Assembly: GCA_036390255.1 (NCBI GenBank)
Contig: DASWCE010000089.1
Location: 1,367 to 65,366 of the forward strand
Length of the DNA: 64,000 bases
Direction of reading: 5' to 3'
DNA from: Gemmatimonadales bacterium
Lineage (GTDB): Bacteria; Gemmatimonadota; Gemmatimonadetes; Gemmatimonadales; GWC2-71-9
Shown here one piece after another: positions 1 through 10,410 of the stretch (position 1 is the stretch's first letter; each line of letters opens with the position of its first letter). The notes below the pieces were generated by a model. It did not search any database. It saw nothing but the letters and a program-made list of their open reading frames with translations, and was not told the origin of the DNA. Made by a program: the position numbers and the translations under genes.

Positions 1-917
1 AACAGGACCAGGGTGGAGACTTGCGCGTTCCGCACGAAGGCACGGAGCAGCGGCGGGGCGCGAAAGTCTCGGCCCCGCAATTCGCCCGCGACCCGCGCGA
101 GATCGTCCGCGGTCTGAAACCGCTCCGACGGCGCTTTGCGGAGCAGCCGGTCGACCACGCCGCCAAGTTTGACGGGCACCTCGGGCCGGAGCTGCTGGAC
201 CCGTGGCGCGATCTCGTAGACGTGTTTCGTGATGATCGCGGGCGCGTTTGCAGCCTCGAAGGGTGCCCGGCCGGTGAGGGCGTAGAAGAACGTCGCGCCG
301 AGGGAGTAGAGGTCGCTGCGCGCATCCACCGGCTCGCCGCACGCTTGCTCGGGGCTCATGTAGCGCGCGGTCCCGGTGACCGAGCCCGGGCTTTCCGCCT
401 TCCCTGCCCGGCTCCCGAGCGCGATTCCGAAGTCGGTGACGACCGCGCGCTCGGTCGCGCGCTCGATCATGATGTTGTCGGGCTTCACGTCGCGGTGAAT
501 CACGCCGCGCTGATGCGCGGCGCCCAGCGCCCACGCCACTTCCTGCAGCAGCTTCGTCGCCAAGCGCGGCGGGAGCGGGCCGGCTCGCTCCACCCGCTCG
601 CGCAGCGTCTCGCCGTCCACGAAGCCCATCACGAAAAACACGAGGTCACCGCGTGCCTCGACCAGGTGAATGGGCACGATGTTGGGATGCGCGAGGCCGG
701 CGGCGGTCCGCGCCTCTTGTAGGAAGCGGTCCCGTTCGTCGGGGCGCGTCGCGAGGTGCGGCGGGAGCAGCTTGATCGCGACCGGGCGGTCGAGCGCCAC
801 ATCACGGGCGAGCAGCACGATCCCCATACCGCCTCGTCCGAGCTCGCGCTCGATCGAATAGCGGCCGGCGAGCAGCTCCTGGAGCCCCAGGAACTCTGCG
901 CTGATCGACGCGGTCAT
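1..917 (-). CDS. Hanks-type Ser/Thr protein kinase, N-terminal part (gene continues beyond window start)
   Basis: Absent from the ORF track because it runs off the edge. Reverse translation from ATG 917-915 reads MTASISAEFLGLQELLAGRYSIERELGRGGMGIVLLARD..VAIKLL..VIHRDVKPDNIM..DFGIA. Gly-loop, catalytic Lys, HRD and DFG motifs were read directly. Confidence 0.85.
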   Translation of the reverse strand, partial: MTASISAEFLGLQELLAGRYSIERELGRGGMGIVLLARDVALDRPVAIKLLPPHLATRPDERDRFLQEARTAAGLAHPNIVPIHLVEARGDLVFFVMGFVDGETLRERVERAGPLPPRLATKLLQEVAWALGAAHQRGVIHRDVKPDNIMIERATERAVVTDFGIALGSRAGKAESPGSVTGTARYMSPEQACGEPVDARSDLYSLGATFFYALTGRAPFEAANAPAIITKHVYEIAPRVQQLRPEVPVKLGGVVDRLLRKAPSERFQTADDLARVAGELRGRDFRAPPLLRAFVRNAQVSTLVL

Positions 918-1060
918 GTGTGTCTCGTCCTACGAGCAGAGCCTCGCTGCGTTTCGAGCCGGCCGCGAATGGCGAGCTTCACCCACGAGGTTGGCGAAAC
1001 TCATGGGGTTGCGACTGATCGGCATACGCCGCCTATTTTAACGCTCGTTAGCGCCCCCAG

Positions 1061-2557
1061 ATGAACCGCTTCACTCGGAGACCCTGCATGCGATTCTCAC
1101 CCTCATTGACCGCCGCCATCGGCGCGAGCCTGTTGCTCGCCGCCTGCCAAGACGCACCAACTATCACCCGCACCCCTGCGCCGAGTTTCAGCACGTTTGG
1201 CGCTGGGGGCGCGGTCGTCGTCGACGTCAGCCGCGATACGACGGCCCAGAACGAGACCCCCCTGGCCTTCAATCCGGCGAACCCGAGCAACATGATCACC
1301 GGCAACAACGACTGGAACTACAACGACGGCTGCGGCGTCAACGCCACCTTCGACGGCGGCAAGACTTGGACGCCGACGCTGCCGAGCGGCTTCATCCCCG
1401 GCATCACCGCGTTCACGAATGATCCCTCCGTGCCGGGCACCGGCACGTACGATTTTGGCGGCGATCCGGCGGTCGCGTTCAGCCCCGACGGCGGCACCGC
1501 CTATTTCACCTGCTTCGGCTACAAGGGAAAGAACGTCGCGCTCTGGCTCAGCCGCTCGAGCGACGGTGGCCGCACCTGGACCGCGGGCGGCCCCGATCAT
1601 CCGCTCACGCTCGTCAGCGCATTCCAGGGCGAGGGGAAAGCGAGAGGATCGAATGGGCAATTCCCCGACCACGAGTCCATCACGGTCGCGAATGACGGCA
1701 CGATCTTTGTGCCGTGGGCGCACTTTACGGGATTCAGCGGGCACTCGCCCATCTTCATCGGGGTGTCGCGCGACGGCGGCAACAGCTTCGCGCTCCCGGT
1801 AAAAGTCTCCAGCGGGTCGGTCCGCAGCGATCAGGATGCGCGTATCGTGATCGACAACGCGACCGGGTATGCCTATCTGACGTTCGACAATTCGGTGCAG
1901 GGCGGCAAAGGCACCGCGATGTTCGTAAGTGTGTCCACCGACCGCGGTGCAACGTGGAGTAATTCGTTCAAGTTCGCCACATTCCAAAACCCGGTCTGCC
2001 TGTATCCACCATACTGCTTCAACATCTCCGGCGGGCAGTTCCGCGCTCCTGGCTCGTATCCCGCTCCCGCATTCGATCCGACTACGCATCGCCTATACGT
2101 CGCCTACACCGACATCGTCGCCAATAAGGCACAGGTGTTCCTCACCTATGCCGACGTCAGCGACATCACGAAATGGTCGACACCGGTCGTGGTCGCGCCG
2201 GCATCCGGTGATCGGATCAACGTGGAGTTGAGTGTCGAGCCGGGCACTGGCCGGCTCGATCTCATGACCAACGACCGCAGTTACACCGGCAACACGTTGT
2301 TTGACGTTGCGTATATCACCAGCTCGGACGGCGGCAGCACCTGGTCGACCACACGCGTGACAAAGACGAGCTGGGACCCCTCGGCGTACGGCGTCCCGTG
2401 TGGTTCCTGCGCCAGCGGCGTCCGCCCCTTCATCGGCGACTACGACGGCATCATTTCCTTGCCGGGCAGCGCCGCGATGACGTGGACGGGGCCGGGCAAG
2501 ACGTTCGGCACCTACCCGACGAATCTCGAGGTCTTCTTCGGCAGCGTCACTCCCTAA
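1061..2557 (+). CDS. BNR/Asp-box repeat lipoprotein (sialidase-like beta-propeller)
   Basis: 498-aa ORF. Lipobox-like LLLAAC near the N-terminus. Asp-box motifs SSDGGRTW, SRDGGNSF, STDRGATW, SSDGGSTW. Confidence 0.75.
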   Translation: MNRFTRRPCMRFSPSLTAAIGASLLLAACQDAPTITRTPAPSFSTFGAGGAVVVDVSRDTTAQNETPLAFNPANPSNMITGNNDWNYNDGCGVNATFDGGKTWTPTLPSGFIPGITAFTNDPSVPGTGTYDFGGDPAVAFSPDGGTAYFTCFGYKGKNVALWLSRSSDGGRTWTAGGPDHPLTLVSAFQGEGKARGSNGQFPDHESITVANDGTIFVPWAHFTGFSGHSPIFIGVSRDGGNSFALPVKVSSGSVRSDQDARIVIDNATGYAYLTFDNSVQGGKGTAMFVSVSTDRGATWSNSFKFATFQNPVCLYPPYCFNISGGQFRAPGSYPAPAFDPTTHRLYVAYTDIVANKAQVFLTYADVSDITKWSTPVVVAPASGDRINVELSVEPGTGRLDLMTNDRSYTGNTLFDVAYITSSDGGSTWSTTRVTKTSWDPSAYGVPCGSCASGVRPFIGDYDGIISLPGSAAMTWTGPGKTFGTYPTNLEVFFGSVTP

Positions 2558-2561
2558 GCCG

Positions 2562-5372
2562 ATGACGACTCGCCGCGACTTCCTCGTCAGCGTCGCTCAG
2601 GCCAGCGTCGCGCTCTCGGCGCTACGGCTCGAGCATCCATCGGTCCTGTGGGCGCGTCCGGACTCCCCGAACCTTCTCGACGTGCCGATCGGCCCCGACT
2701 GGCGCATGCTCGGCCCGTTCCGTGGCGGCCGCGTCGACGCCGTGTGCGGCGTGCCCGGCCGCCCAGACGAGTTCTACTTCGGCCACGTGAATGGCGGCGT
2801 CTGGAAAACCATCGACGCCGGGAGAACATGGTCGCCGATATTCGACGACCAGCCCGTCGCGTCGATCGGCGCCCTGGCGGTCGCGCCGTCCGCACCCGAC
2901 GTCATTTATGTCGGCAGCGGCGAGTCCACGCTGCGCGACTCCACGGGCTTCGGAAACGGCGTCTACAAGTCCACCGACGCCGGCCGCACGTGGACCCACC
3001 TCGGCCTGAGCGACACACAGCACATCGGCAAGATCGCCGTGGATCCCAAGAACCCCGACGTTGTCTTCGTCGCCGCGATTGGCCACCTCTATGCCGCAAA
3101 CGCCGAGCGCGGAGTGTTCCGCTCGCGCGACGGCGGCCGCACCTGGCAGAAAGTCCTCTACAAGGACGAGAACGTCGGCGCGGTCGAGGTCGTCATCGAT
3201 CCCACCGATTCGCGCGTCGTGTACGCGGGACTGTGGAATACCCGCCGCCCGCCCTGGTTCGTTTACGCGACCACCAACGGTCCCGGTGGCGGCATCCACA
3301 AGTCCACCGACGGCGGATCGACCTGGCACCAGCTGACGGTCGGCCTGCCCGCCGCTGGGATCGGACGGACCGGCGTCGCCGTGGCGCCGTCCAATCCGCA
3401 GCGGGTGTACGCCGTGGTGGACTGCCTGGTGCGCGACCCGGCCGCGCCACCGCCGCCGCCGCCGGAGCCGGGACGCCCCGCGCAACCGCCGCCCGGGCAG
3501 GGCGGCGTATTCCGCTCGGACGACGCCGGTGCGACCTGGCGGCGCGTCGGCGCCGACCAGGCGCTGTGGGGCCGCGGCTGGTATTTCGAGAAAATCGCCG
3601 TCGATCCGAAGGACCCCGACATCGTGTACGTGCCGAACGTGGCGGTGAATCGCAGCCGCGACGGCGGCGCCACGTGGGACGTGATCCGGGGCTCACCGGG
3701 CGGCGACGATTACCACCAGGTGTGGATCGCCCCCGACAACCCGGACCTCCTGATCGTCGCGAGCGATCAAGGCACGATCATCACGCGCAACGCGCGCACC
3801 GCCGATCCACGCGCCATGACCTGGAGCTCGTGGCTCAATCAGCCCACCGCCCAGATCTACCACGCATCGGTCGACTATCGCTTCCCGTACTGGGTCGTCG
3901 GCGCGCAACAGGATAGCGGCGCGGTGGCGGTGCGCTCGCGGGGCAAGTTCGCGCAAATTTCGCAGCGTGACTGGGAGCCGATCGGCGCCGCCGGCGAGAG
4001 CGGCTACGCGATGGGCGACCCGCTGCACCCCGGCATCATCTACGGCGGCGAGGGCAGTCGCTGGGACCTCGAGAACAACCTGTCGGTCCCGAACACCGCG
4101 GCGCCCAAGGGCACCGAGACCGACCGGGCCGACTGGACCCAGCCGCTGGTGCTGTCTCCGGCCGATCCGCACGCGCTCTATTATGCCAGCCAATTCCTGT
4201 TCAAGACGACCGACGGCGCGCGCACGTGGACCCAGATCAGCAAGGACCTGACTCGACCCGATCCCGGCATCCCGCCCAACCTCGATGCGACCGCAGCCGC
4301 GGCCACCGATCGCACCGGCAAGCGCGGCGTCATCTACGCGGTGGCTCCGTCGCCACTGCGCGCGCCTATGATCTGGATCGGCACCGACGACGGGCTCATC
4401 CAGCTCACGACCGATGATGGCACGACGTGGCGCGACGTCACGCCCTCCGCCATGACCGCATGGAGCCGCGTCACCGGCATCGAAGCGTCGCACTTCGACG
4501 CGGACACGGCGTACGCGAGCGTCGACCGGCACCAGCTCCAGGACTTCGTGCCGTACATCTACCGCACGCGCGATCGGGGCCGGACCTGGCAGCTCATCAC
4601 GGCGGGTCTTCCGGATGGCGTGTACGTCCACGTGGTCAAGGAAGACCTGGTGCGTCGCGGGCTGTTATTCGCCGGGACCGAGCGCGGGGCGTTCGTGTCG
4701 TTCGACGACGGCGACCACTGGCAGCCGCTGCAGCGCAACCTGCCGGTGACGTCCGTGCGCGACTTCGTGGTGTACGGCAACGATCTCATCGTCGCCACGC
4801 ACGGCCGCGGGTTCTGGGTGATGGACGACATCAGCGCGCTGCGGCAGGTCACGGCCGAGGTGCTCCAGGCCGACGCCTGGCTCTTCCGGCCCGCGGACGC
4901 CATCAATGTCGTGCCGGGCGACGATGACGGCACACCGCTCCAGCGCGACGAGCCGCAGGCTCAGAACCCCCCCGACGGCGTGGTTCTAGACTTCTATCTC
5001 AAAGCGGCAGCCCCGGGCGCTGTGACTCTAGAGATCCTCGACGCCACGGGCAAAGTGTTGAGGAAGTGGCCCGGCGACGCGGCGGAGGGGCCGCGAGGCG
5101 GCCGAGGGACGAACGGACTCCCACGGGTGTCGCCGCTGTGGCAGCCTGTGCCGGAGGTGCTCTCCACGGTGGTCGGGATGCACCGCGTCGTCTGGCGGCC
5201 GGTCGCACCGGCTGAGCCGGCCGGACCGGGTGGTGGTGGTGGTGGCGGTGGACCGCGGCGCGGGGGCGGGGCGCGGCTCACCGGTACGTTCACGGCGCGG
5301 TTGACCGTCAACGGCCGGGCAAATACCCAGACCTTCACGGTGCGCCCAGATCCGCGTAGCGAGGGACGCTAG
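2562..5372 (+). CDS. Tat-signal BNR/Asp-box repeat protein, sortilin/VPS10-like double-propeller glycosidase-like protein
   Basis: 936-aa ORF. The N-terminus MTTRRDFLVSVAQASVALSAL looks like a twin-arginine signal. Many Asp-boxes (STDAGRTW, SRDGGRTW, STDGGSTW, SDDAGATW, SRDGGATW, TTDGARTW, TRDRGRTW). Pro-rich and poly-Gly low-complexity inserts. Confidence 0.8.
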   Translation: MTTRRDFLVSVAQASVALSALRLEHPSVLWARPDSPNLLDVPIGPDWRMLGPFRGGRVDAVCGVPGRPDEFYFGHVNGGVWKTIDAGRTWSPIFDDQPVASIGALAVAPSAPDVIYVGSGESTLRDSTGFGNGVYKSTDAGRTWTHLGLSDTQHIGKIAVDPKNPDVVFVAAIGHLYAANAERGVFRSRDGGRTWQKVLYKDENVGAVEVVIDPTDSRVVYAGLWNTRRPPWFVYATTNGPGGGIHKSTDGGSTWHQLTVGLPAAGIGRTGVAVAPSNPQRVYAVVDCLVRDPAAPPPPPPEPGRPAQPPPGQGGVFRSDDAGATWRRVGADQALWGRGWYFEKIAVDPKDPDIVYVPNVAVNRSRDGGATWDVIRGSPGGDDYHQVWIAPDNPDLLIVASDQGTIITRNARTADPRAMTWSSWLNQPTAQIYHASVDYRFPYWVVGAQQDSGAVAVRSRGKFAQISQRDWEPIGAAGESGYAMGDPLHPGIIYGGEGSRWDLENNLSVPNTAAPKGTETDRADWTQPLVLSPADPHALYYASQFLFKTTDGARTWTQISKDLTRPDPGIPPNLDATAAAATDRTGKRGVIYAVAPSPLRAPMIWIGTDDGLIQLTTDDGTTWRDVTPSAMTAWSRVTGIEASHFDADTAYASVDRHQLQDFVPYIYRTRDRGRTWQLITAGLPDGVYVHVVKEDLVRRGLLFAGTERGAFVSFDDGDHWQPLQRNLPVTSVRDFVVYGNDLIVATHGRGFWVMDDISALRQVTAEVLQADAWLFRPADAINVVPGDDDGTPLQRDEPQAQNPPDGVVLDFYLKAAAPGAVTLEILDATGKVLRKWPGDAAEGPRGGRGTNGLPRVSPLWQPVPEVLSTVVGMHRVVWRPVAPAEPAGPGGGGGGGGPRRGGGARLTGTFTARLTVNGRANTQTFTVRPDPRSEGR
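5229..5252 (+). repeat. (GGT)5-GGC-GGT-GGA trinucleotide run encoding poly-Gly inside the BNR protein
   Basis: Read directly: ggtggtggtggtggtggcggtgga, translated GGGGGGGG. Confidence 0.7.
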
Positions 5373-6433
5373 CGCGAGAACCGGCTTTTGAACGTCTGAC
5401 CGTAGGTGGTCGGTGTGCCGTCGTAGCTCGAGATCAAGTCGAGCGGATCGCCCCAAACATCCCACGACCACCCGAGATAGCCGCTGCCACCCGGGCGCGC
5501 GTCCATCCAATCCATCAGCGCCGTCACGAAAGCGCTGCCGTGATCGTTTTGCCCCAGCTCACCGAGCACCAGTGGAACCTGCAGCGCAACGGGGACCGCG
5601 GTGCTGTCCCAACACGCTGTGGTCGAGCACCAGCTGAAATTGTAGATGTGCCATGATGCCGCGAGGTTGTTGAGCGGGTCGACAGGCTTGTTCGCGAGCC
5701 AGCTCGAAAGGCCAGCGGCATACTGGACGCCGCCCACCATGATGACGTTCGTCGCGCCCGCACCGCGGACTGCGGTCACAAGCTCCTGCATGCCGGCCGC
5801 CTGGTAGCTCATGCCGGCGCAGGTTCCGCCCTCACGCCAGCAACGCCACGCCTCAGGCGTATCGCGGTTGCTGTCGGGAAACGGCTCGTTGAACAAATCG
5901 AAGATGACACGATTGTTGCTGCCAAAGGCGGCAGCGACCTCGCGCCAGAACTCCGGTGTGTGGTCGCGATCCGGCATGGGCGCCTGGCGGAGCGCCACCA
6001 CCGTGTCCGGAGCGCTCCAGTGCAGATCGAGGATGACGATCAGACCGGCACGATTGAGGAGCCTGACATAATCGCTGATCACTCGGGAGTAATTGTCGCC
6101 CGAGTACGCAGGCTTCACGCCGTTGATGGCGAGCCAGCAGGTCTCATTGAGCGGCACGCGCACCGCGTTGGCTTTCCACGACGCGATCGCGGCGACGGAA
6201 GCGGAATCCGACGGGCCATCGAAAAATCCCCAGCCCTGCGCGCACGCGTACTCGGCGCCGGACCGGTTCACGCCGCGCAGCCGCACCACTCGTCCCGCTG
6301 AGTCGACGAGGTGATTGCCCTGGACGTGGACCGCCGGGGCAGGCCCCGGCGATCCACTTGAACTCTCGGTGGGGCTGGCGTTACACCCACACAGCAGGCC
6401 AGCTGCCAGCCAAGCCCAGTGAGGAAGCCTCAT
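5369..6433 (-). CDS. Glycoside hydrolase family 5 (cellulase-type endoglucanase) lipoprotein
   Basis: GH5 catalytic signatures FDLFNEP (acid/base Glu) and LVLGELG (nucleophile Glu). Preferred start is ATG 6433 (MRLPHWAWLAAGLLCGC lipobox). The ORF track's longer start at 6484 is possible. Confidence 0.8.
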   Translation of the reverse strand: MRLPHWAWLAAGLLCGCNASPTESSSGSPGPAPAVHVQGNHLVDSAGRVVRLRGVNRSGAEYACAQGWGFFDGPSDSASVAAIASWKANAVRVPLNETCWLAINGVKPAYSGDNYSRVISDYVRLLNRAGLIVILDLHWSAPDTVVALRQAPMPDRDHTPEFWREVAAAFGSNNRVIFDLFNEPFPDSNRDTPEAWRCWREGGTCAGMSYQAAGMQELVTAVRGAGATNVIMVGGVQYAAGLSSWLANKPVDPLNNLAASWHIYNFSWCSTTACWDSTAVPVALQVPLVLGELGQNDHGSAFVTALMDWMDARPGGSGYLGWSWDVWGDPLDLISSYDGTPTTYGQTFKSRFSR

Positions 6434-6485
6434 GCAGACGAGTATTACACACGAGGCCGTAAGGCCACGTGTGACGGTGGTCACC

Positions 6486-9400
6486 CTACTGCGCCGCTGC
6501 CTCCCACTGCTGCCGGCTCATCACCACAATCGGCTCGAGCTTCTTGTTCCGCAGCGCCGCGTTGATGCCCGCCAAGTCACGCGTCGTCCAGGCATCGAAG
6601 TCCCGCACCACATCCGTCAGCTCGCGCGCGATCGCGTCGGCGCGCTCCACCTGCGTCTGCGACGGCCCGCCATCGTAGAAGACGATGTTGCCGTACAGGT
6701 CGGTGAGGTTCTCGCGGAGGCGCTCTTCGCCAGTGATCATGCCGCCTTCCTTCGTCGCGACGATCTTCTTCCGCATCGCATCGACCGCCGCCGACGCGGC
6801 ACGCAGGCGTTTCGCGACGGCATCGCCCGCCGCCAGCCTCCCGGCCCGGTCATCGAGCGCCTGGCGGACGCCGTTCACACGCTCGACGGCGAACGTCATG
6901 TCGTTCAGCGTGCCGGACACCTTGAGTGCCAGATCGAGCGCCGCCTGACGCTCCTGCGCCGTGTGCGTACTGCGCGGGTCGGGGACGAGCGCGAGCTGCG
7001 TCGTGTACGTCGCGGTGTCCTTCGTCAGCTTCATCGTGTAAGTGCCGGGCAGGACCCGCGGGCCGAAGGCCGCGCCGAAGGCCGCACTCGCCGCCGGCGG
7101 CACGCGCGGCGCAGTCAGGCGCATGGACCACGTCGCTCGATTCAGGCCACGCCGTTTGCTCGTCGGCAGCGTGCCGAGGAGCTTCCCGCTCGCGTCGAAC
7201 ACCTCGAGCTTCATGTCGCCAAAAATGTGACGCCGCCGCTGGTAATACGTGATCACCGCATCGCTCGGCGGATTGGGGCCAACATACATGGCGTCGCCGT
7301 TCGCCCAACCGCCACCGGCTTGCAGCCGCTGGACCGTCGGACGGCCGGGCAGGAAGGCCACCGAGCTCGCGAGCACCTGCGGCGTCAACGCCCGCAGCGG
7401 CGAGATGTCGTCGATGATCCAGATGCCCCGGCCGTGCGTCGCGATCACGAGATCGTGATCGCGCGGATGGATCGCGAGATCGCGTACGGCGACCGCCGGT
7501 AGATCCCCGCCCTTGTAGTGCGCCCACTGCCTCCCACCGTCCACGGACACCCACAGACCGAATTCGGTGCCCAGGAACAGCAGATTGGGGTTGACGAGAT
7601 CTTCCTTGATGACGTGCGCATAGCCGCGTACCGGGCTCCCGGAAGTGATCAGTGGCGTCCAGGTCGCGCCGAAATCGGTGGACTTGTAGGCGTACGGCCG
7701 CATGTCTCCGAACGTATGCAGGTCGAACGTCGCGTAGATCGTCCCCGCATCGAAATGTCCAGGCTCGACCGACGTCACCCACGCGTTCTGGGGCAGCCCG
7801 GCGATCCTGGTCACCACGTTCGTCCACGTTTTCCCGCCATCGCGCGTCACCTGCAGGTTGCCGTCGTCCGTCCCGACCCAGATCAGATCGGGATTCTTGG
7901 GCGACTCCGCAATCGCGAAGATCGTCGTGTGCATCTCGGCGGCGGAATTGTCAACCGTCACGCCGCCCGACTGCTCCTGCCGCTGCTTCAGCGGATCGTT
8001 GGTCGTCAGGTCGGGAGAGATGCGCTCCCACGTTTGGCCGAAGTCCTTCGAGCGGAACAGTACCTCCGCGCCGATGTAGGTCGTCCCCCGCTGTGTGGCA
8101 CTGATATGAATCGGCGTGTTCCAGTTGAAGCGGAGCTTCTTCTCCTGATAGTGCGGCAGCGGCCGGATGTTGCGCGACTCGTGCGTCTTGCGGTTGACGC
8201 GCCCGATTTCCCCGCCCTGGTACTCGGCGTACAGGTAATCGGGGTCGGTTGGGTCGGCGAACATCCAGAAGCCGTCGCCCCCGTACATGTTCTCCCACTG
8301 GTGGTTCGTGATGCCGCCGGGGTACTCCGACGGACCCACCCACGAGCTGTTGTCCTGCAGGCCCCCGTACACGTTGTACGGCCGTGCCATGTCGACGCTG
8401 ACGTGATAGAACTGCGACACCGGCAGGTTCTCGTTCTTCACCCATTTGTTTCCGGCATCGTAGGAGAACCACAGGCCGCCGTCGTCGCCGGTGATCAGAT
8501 GATCGGTGTCATTAGGGTCGACCCACACATCATGGAAGTCACCGTGCGCGCCGCCCGAGATGCCGCTGAAGCTCTTGCCGCCGTCGGTGCTGACGATGAG
8601 ACCGCCGTCGGGCTTGTAGACGCGGTCCGGATTCGCAGGGTCGACGATCAGGTTTGCGAAGTAAAACGGCCGCCAGATCATATTCTGGCTGCGATCGAGC
8701 ATCTGCCACGTCCTGCCGCCGTTTTCGGACCGATACAGCGCGTTGAGCGGCGGCACCGCCTCGATAAACGCGTACACGATGTCCGGTTTCGACGGCGCAA
8801 CGGCGACCGCGACGCGACCCCATGGCTTGGGCGGCAACCCGGAGCCGGCCGTTGCTGTCAAATCGGTCCACGTCGCGCCGCCATCGCTGCTCTTAAAGAG
8901 GCTCGAGGCGCTCGGCACGGTTGCGCTGTCGCCACCGGAGCGGAACGTCCAGCCGCGGCGGCGGAAATCCCACATCCCCGCATACAGCGTCCTCGGGCGC
9001 GACGGGTCCATCGCCAGCATCGAGCAGCCAGTGGAGGCGTTGCCGCCTTTCAGCACCTGCGCCCAGGTCTTGCCGCCGTCGGTCGTCTTGTAGACGCCTC
9101 GGGTCTCACTGTCGCTCCAGAGCTTCCCGGGGACACAGACGTACACCGTGTTCGTCTCGTTTGGGTCCACGAGGATCTTGACGATGTGCTCGGACTCGCG
9201 CAGCCCCATGTTGGTCCAGTTCTCACCGGCATCGTCCGAGCGGTAGATCCCGTCGCCGATGGACACGCTGTTGCGCATCCACGACTCACCGGTGCCCACC
9301 CAGACCACCTTTGCGTTTTTCGGATCGATGGTCACCGCGCCAATCGATTGCACGGGCTGCTTGTCGAAGACCGGCTTGAACGTCGTGCCGCCGTTCATCG

Positions 9401-9593
9401 ACTTCCACACGCCGCCGCTCGCCGATCCGACGTAGATCGTGAGCCGCGCGCCCTCGTGCACGGCCGCGAGCGCCGCGATGCGCCCGCTCATCGCCGCCGA
9501 ACCGATATTGCGCGCGCCGAGCCCCGAGATCGCCTCGGAATCGACGGTTACGGCAGGTTGCTGCACGATCAGCAGCAGGAGGAGGGCGTTCAT
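6486..9593 (-). CDS. BNR/Asp-box repeat protein, sortilin/VPS10-like (paralogous in architecture to 2562-5372)
   Basis: 1035-aa ORF with more than 10 Asp-boxes (SDDAGENW, TTDGGKTW, SSDGGATW, SENGGRTW, STDGGKSF, SKDFGQTW, TRDGGKTW, STDFGATW, SVDGGRQW). N-terminal hydrophobic signal. The start ATG overlaps the upstream stop (ATGA at 9590-9593). Confidence 0.8.
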   Translation of the reverse strand: MNALLLLLIVQQPAVTVDSEAISGLGARNIGSAAMSGRIAALAAVHEGARLTIYVGSASGGVWKSMNGGTTFKPVFDKQPVQSIGAVTIDPKNAKVVWVGTGESWMRNSVSIGDGIYRSDDAGENWTNMGLRESEHIVKILVDPNETNTVYVCVPGKLWSDSETRGVYKTTDGGKTWAQVLKGGNASTGCSMLAMDPSRPRTLYAGMWDFRRRGWTFRSGGDSATVPSASSLFKSSDGGATWTDLTATAGSGLPPKPWGRVAVAVAPSKPDIVYAFIEAVPPLNALYRSENGGRTWQMLDRSQNMIWRPFYFANLIVDPANPDRVYKPDGGLIVSTDGGKSFSGISGGAHGDFHDVWVDPNDTDHLITGDDGGLWFSYDAGNKWVKNENLPVSQFYHVSVDMARPYNVYGGLQDNSSWVGPSEYPGGITNHQWENMYGGDGFWMFADPTDPDYLYAEYQGGEIGRVNRKTHESRNIRPLPHYQEKKLRFNWNTPIHISATQRGTTYIGAEVLFRSKDFGQTWERISPDLTTNDPLKQRQEQSGGVTVDNSAAEMHTTIFAIAESPKNPDLIWVGTDDGNLQVTRDGGKTWTNVVTRIAGLPQNAWVTSVEPGHFDAGTIYATFDLHTFGDMRPYAYKSTDFGATWTPLITSGSPVRGYAHVIKEDLVNPNLLFLGTEFGLWVSVDGGRQWAHYKGGDLPAVAVRDLAIHPRDHDLVIATHGRGIWIIDDISPLRALTPQVLASSVAFLPGRPTVQRLQAGGGWANGDAMYVGPNPPSDAVITYYQRRRHIFGDMKLEVFDASGKLLGTLPTSKRRGLNRATWSMRLTAPRVPPAASAAFGAAFGPRVLPGTYTMKLTKDTATYTTQLALVPDPRSTHTAQERQAALDLALKVSGTLNDMTFAVERVNGVRQALDDRAGRLAAGDAVAKRLRAASAAVDAMRKKIVATKEGGMITGEERLRENLTDLYGNIVFYDGGPSQTQVERADAIARELTDVVRDFDAWTTRDLAGINAALRNKKLEPIVVMSRQQWEAAAQ

Positions 9594-10327
9594 GGACGAG
9601 CTCCCGGCCGCGCGAACCGCTGGTCGTCGAGCGGAACGTTGGCCTCGATCTTGTCATATGTGACCTTCGAACGGTCTGCGCTGCTCGAGCCTTTCGGCCC
9701 GGATTCATACGAGAACGGCAGATAGACGCCGGCCACCTGCTTGTAATCGCCGAGCGATGTTTCGAATTCCTGCGGCGCGCCGCGGATCATGCGTTGCGTG
9801 TCGATCCTGATCGGGACGTAGTACTCGGTGTCCAGGTAGTAGAAGCTGACGTCTCCGTTGGGACGCGTGACTTTGAGCTTGTAGGCGTCGCTTCCTTCGA
9901 TCTGCTCCACGCCATGATACTCCACGCGATTGCCTTTGGCCTGGTAGTTCACGAGCGGCCCGTCGAAGTCGGCGTCGTCGAGAATGCCGTGCATCTCATC
10001 CTCCCCGAGCGCCTCCGGATCCCGCTTGCCGTTCCATGGCTCGATCTTCCAGCCGCTGTGCCCATCGTAGGCGTTGATGCCGGTCATGCCCTGGATCGAA
10101 AACTCTTCCCGCACGCTGTTGGGACGCTTGTTCTCCTGCACGACCACCGCCTCGAATCCGCCGCTCCCGGTGAATTTGCCAGCGCGGCGCAGCGACTGCA
10201 GCGCTTGCATGCGCGCCATGCCGCCCGACGCCTGGACGTATTTCGCGATGAGACTGTCGACGGACTGCGCGGAGAGCGGCGTCGCGCACAGCGTGAATGC
10301 CGCGAGCTTAAACAGGATGCTACGCAT
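9590..10327 (-). CDS. Secreted LolA-like / outer-membrane lipoprotein-sorting-fold protein (hypothetical)
   Basis: Preferred start is ATG 10327 ([21 protein letters not shown] signal), preceded by GGAGGA. The family call is by general resemblance only. Confidence 0.55.
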   Translation of the reverse strand: MRSILFKLAAFTLCATPLSAQSVDSLIAKYVQASGGMARMQALQSLRRAGKFTGSGGFEAVVVQENKRPNSVREEFSIQGMTGINAYDGHSGWKIEPWNGKRDPEALGEDEMHGILDDADFDGPLVNYQAKGNRVEYHGVEQIEGSDAYKLKVTRPNGDVSFYYLDTEYYVPIRIDTQRMIRGAPQEFETSLGDYKQVAGVYLPFSYESGPKGSSSADRSKVTYDKIEANVPLDDQRFARPGARP

Positions 10328-10410
10328 GGTTCCTCCAACGCTCCAACGAGGGGACGGAGAAAATAGCCACTGGTCGCGCGCTCGCAACCGAACGCGTAGC
10401 TTCTCCGCCC

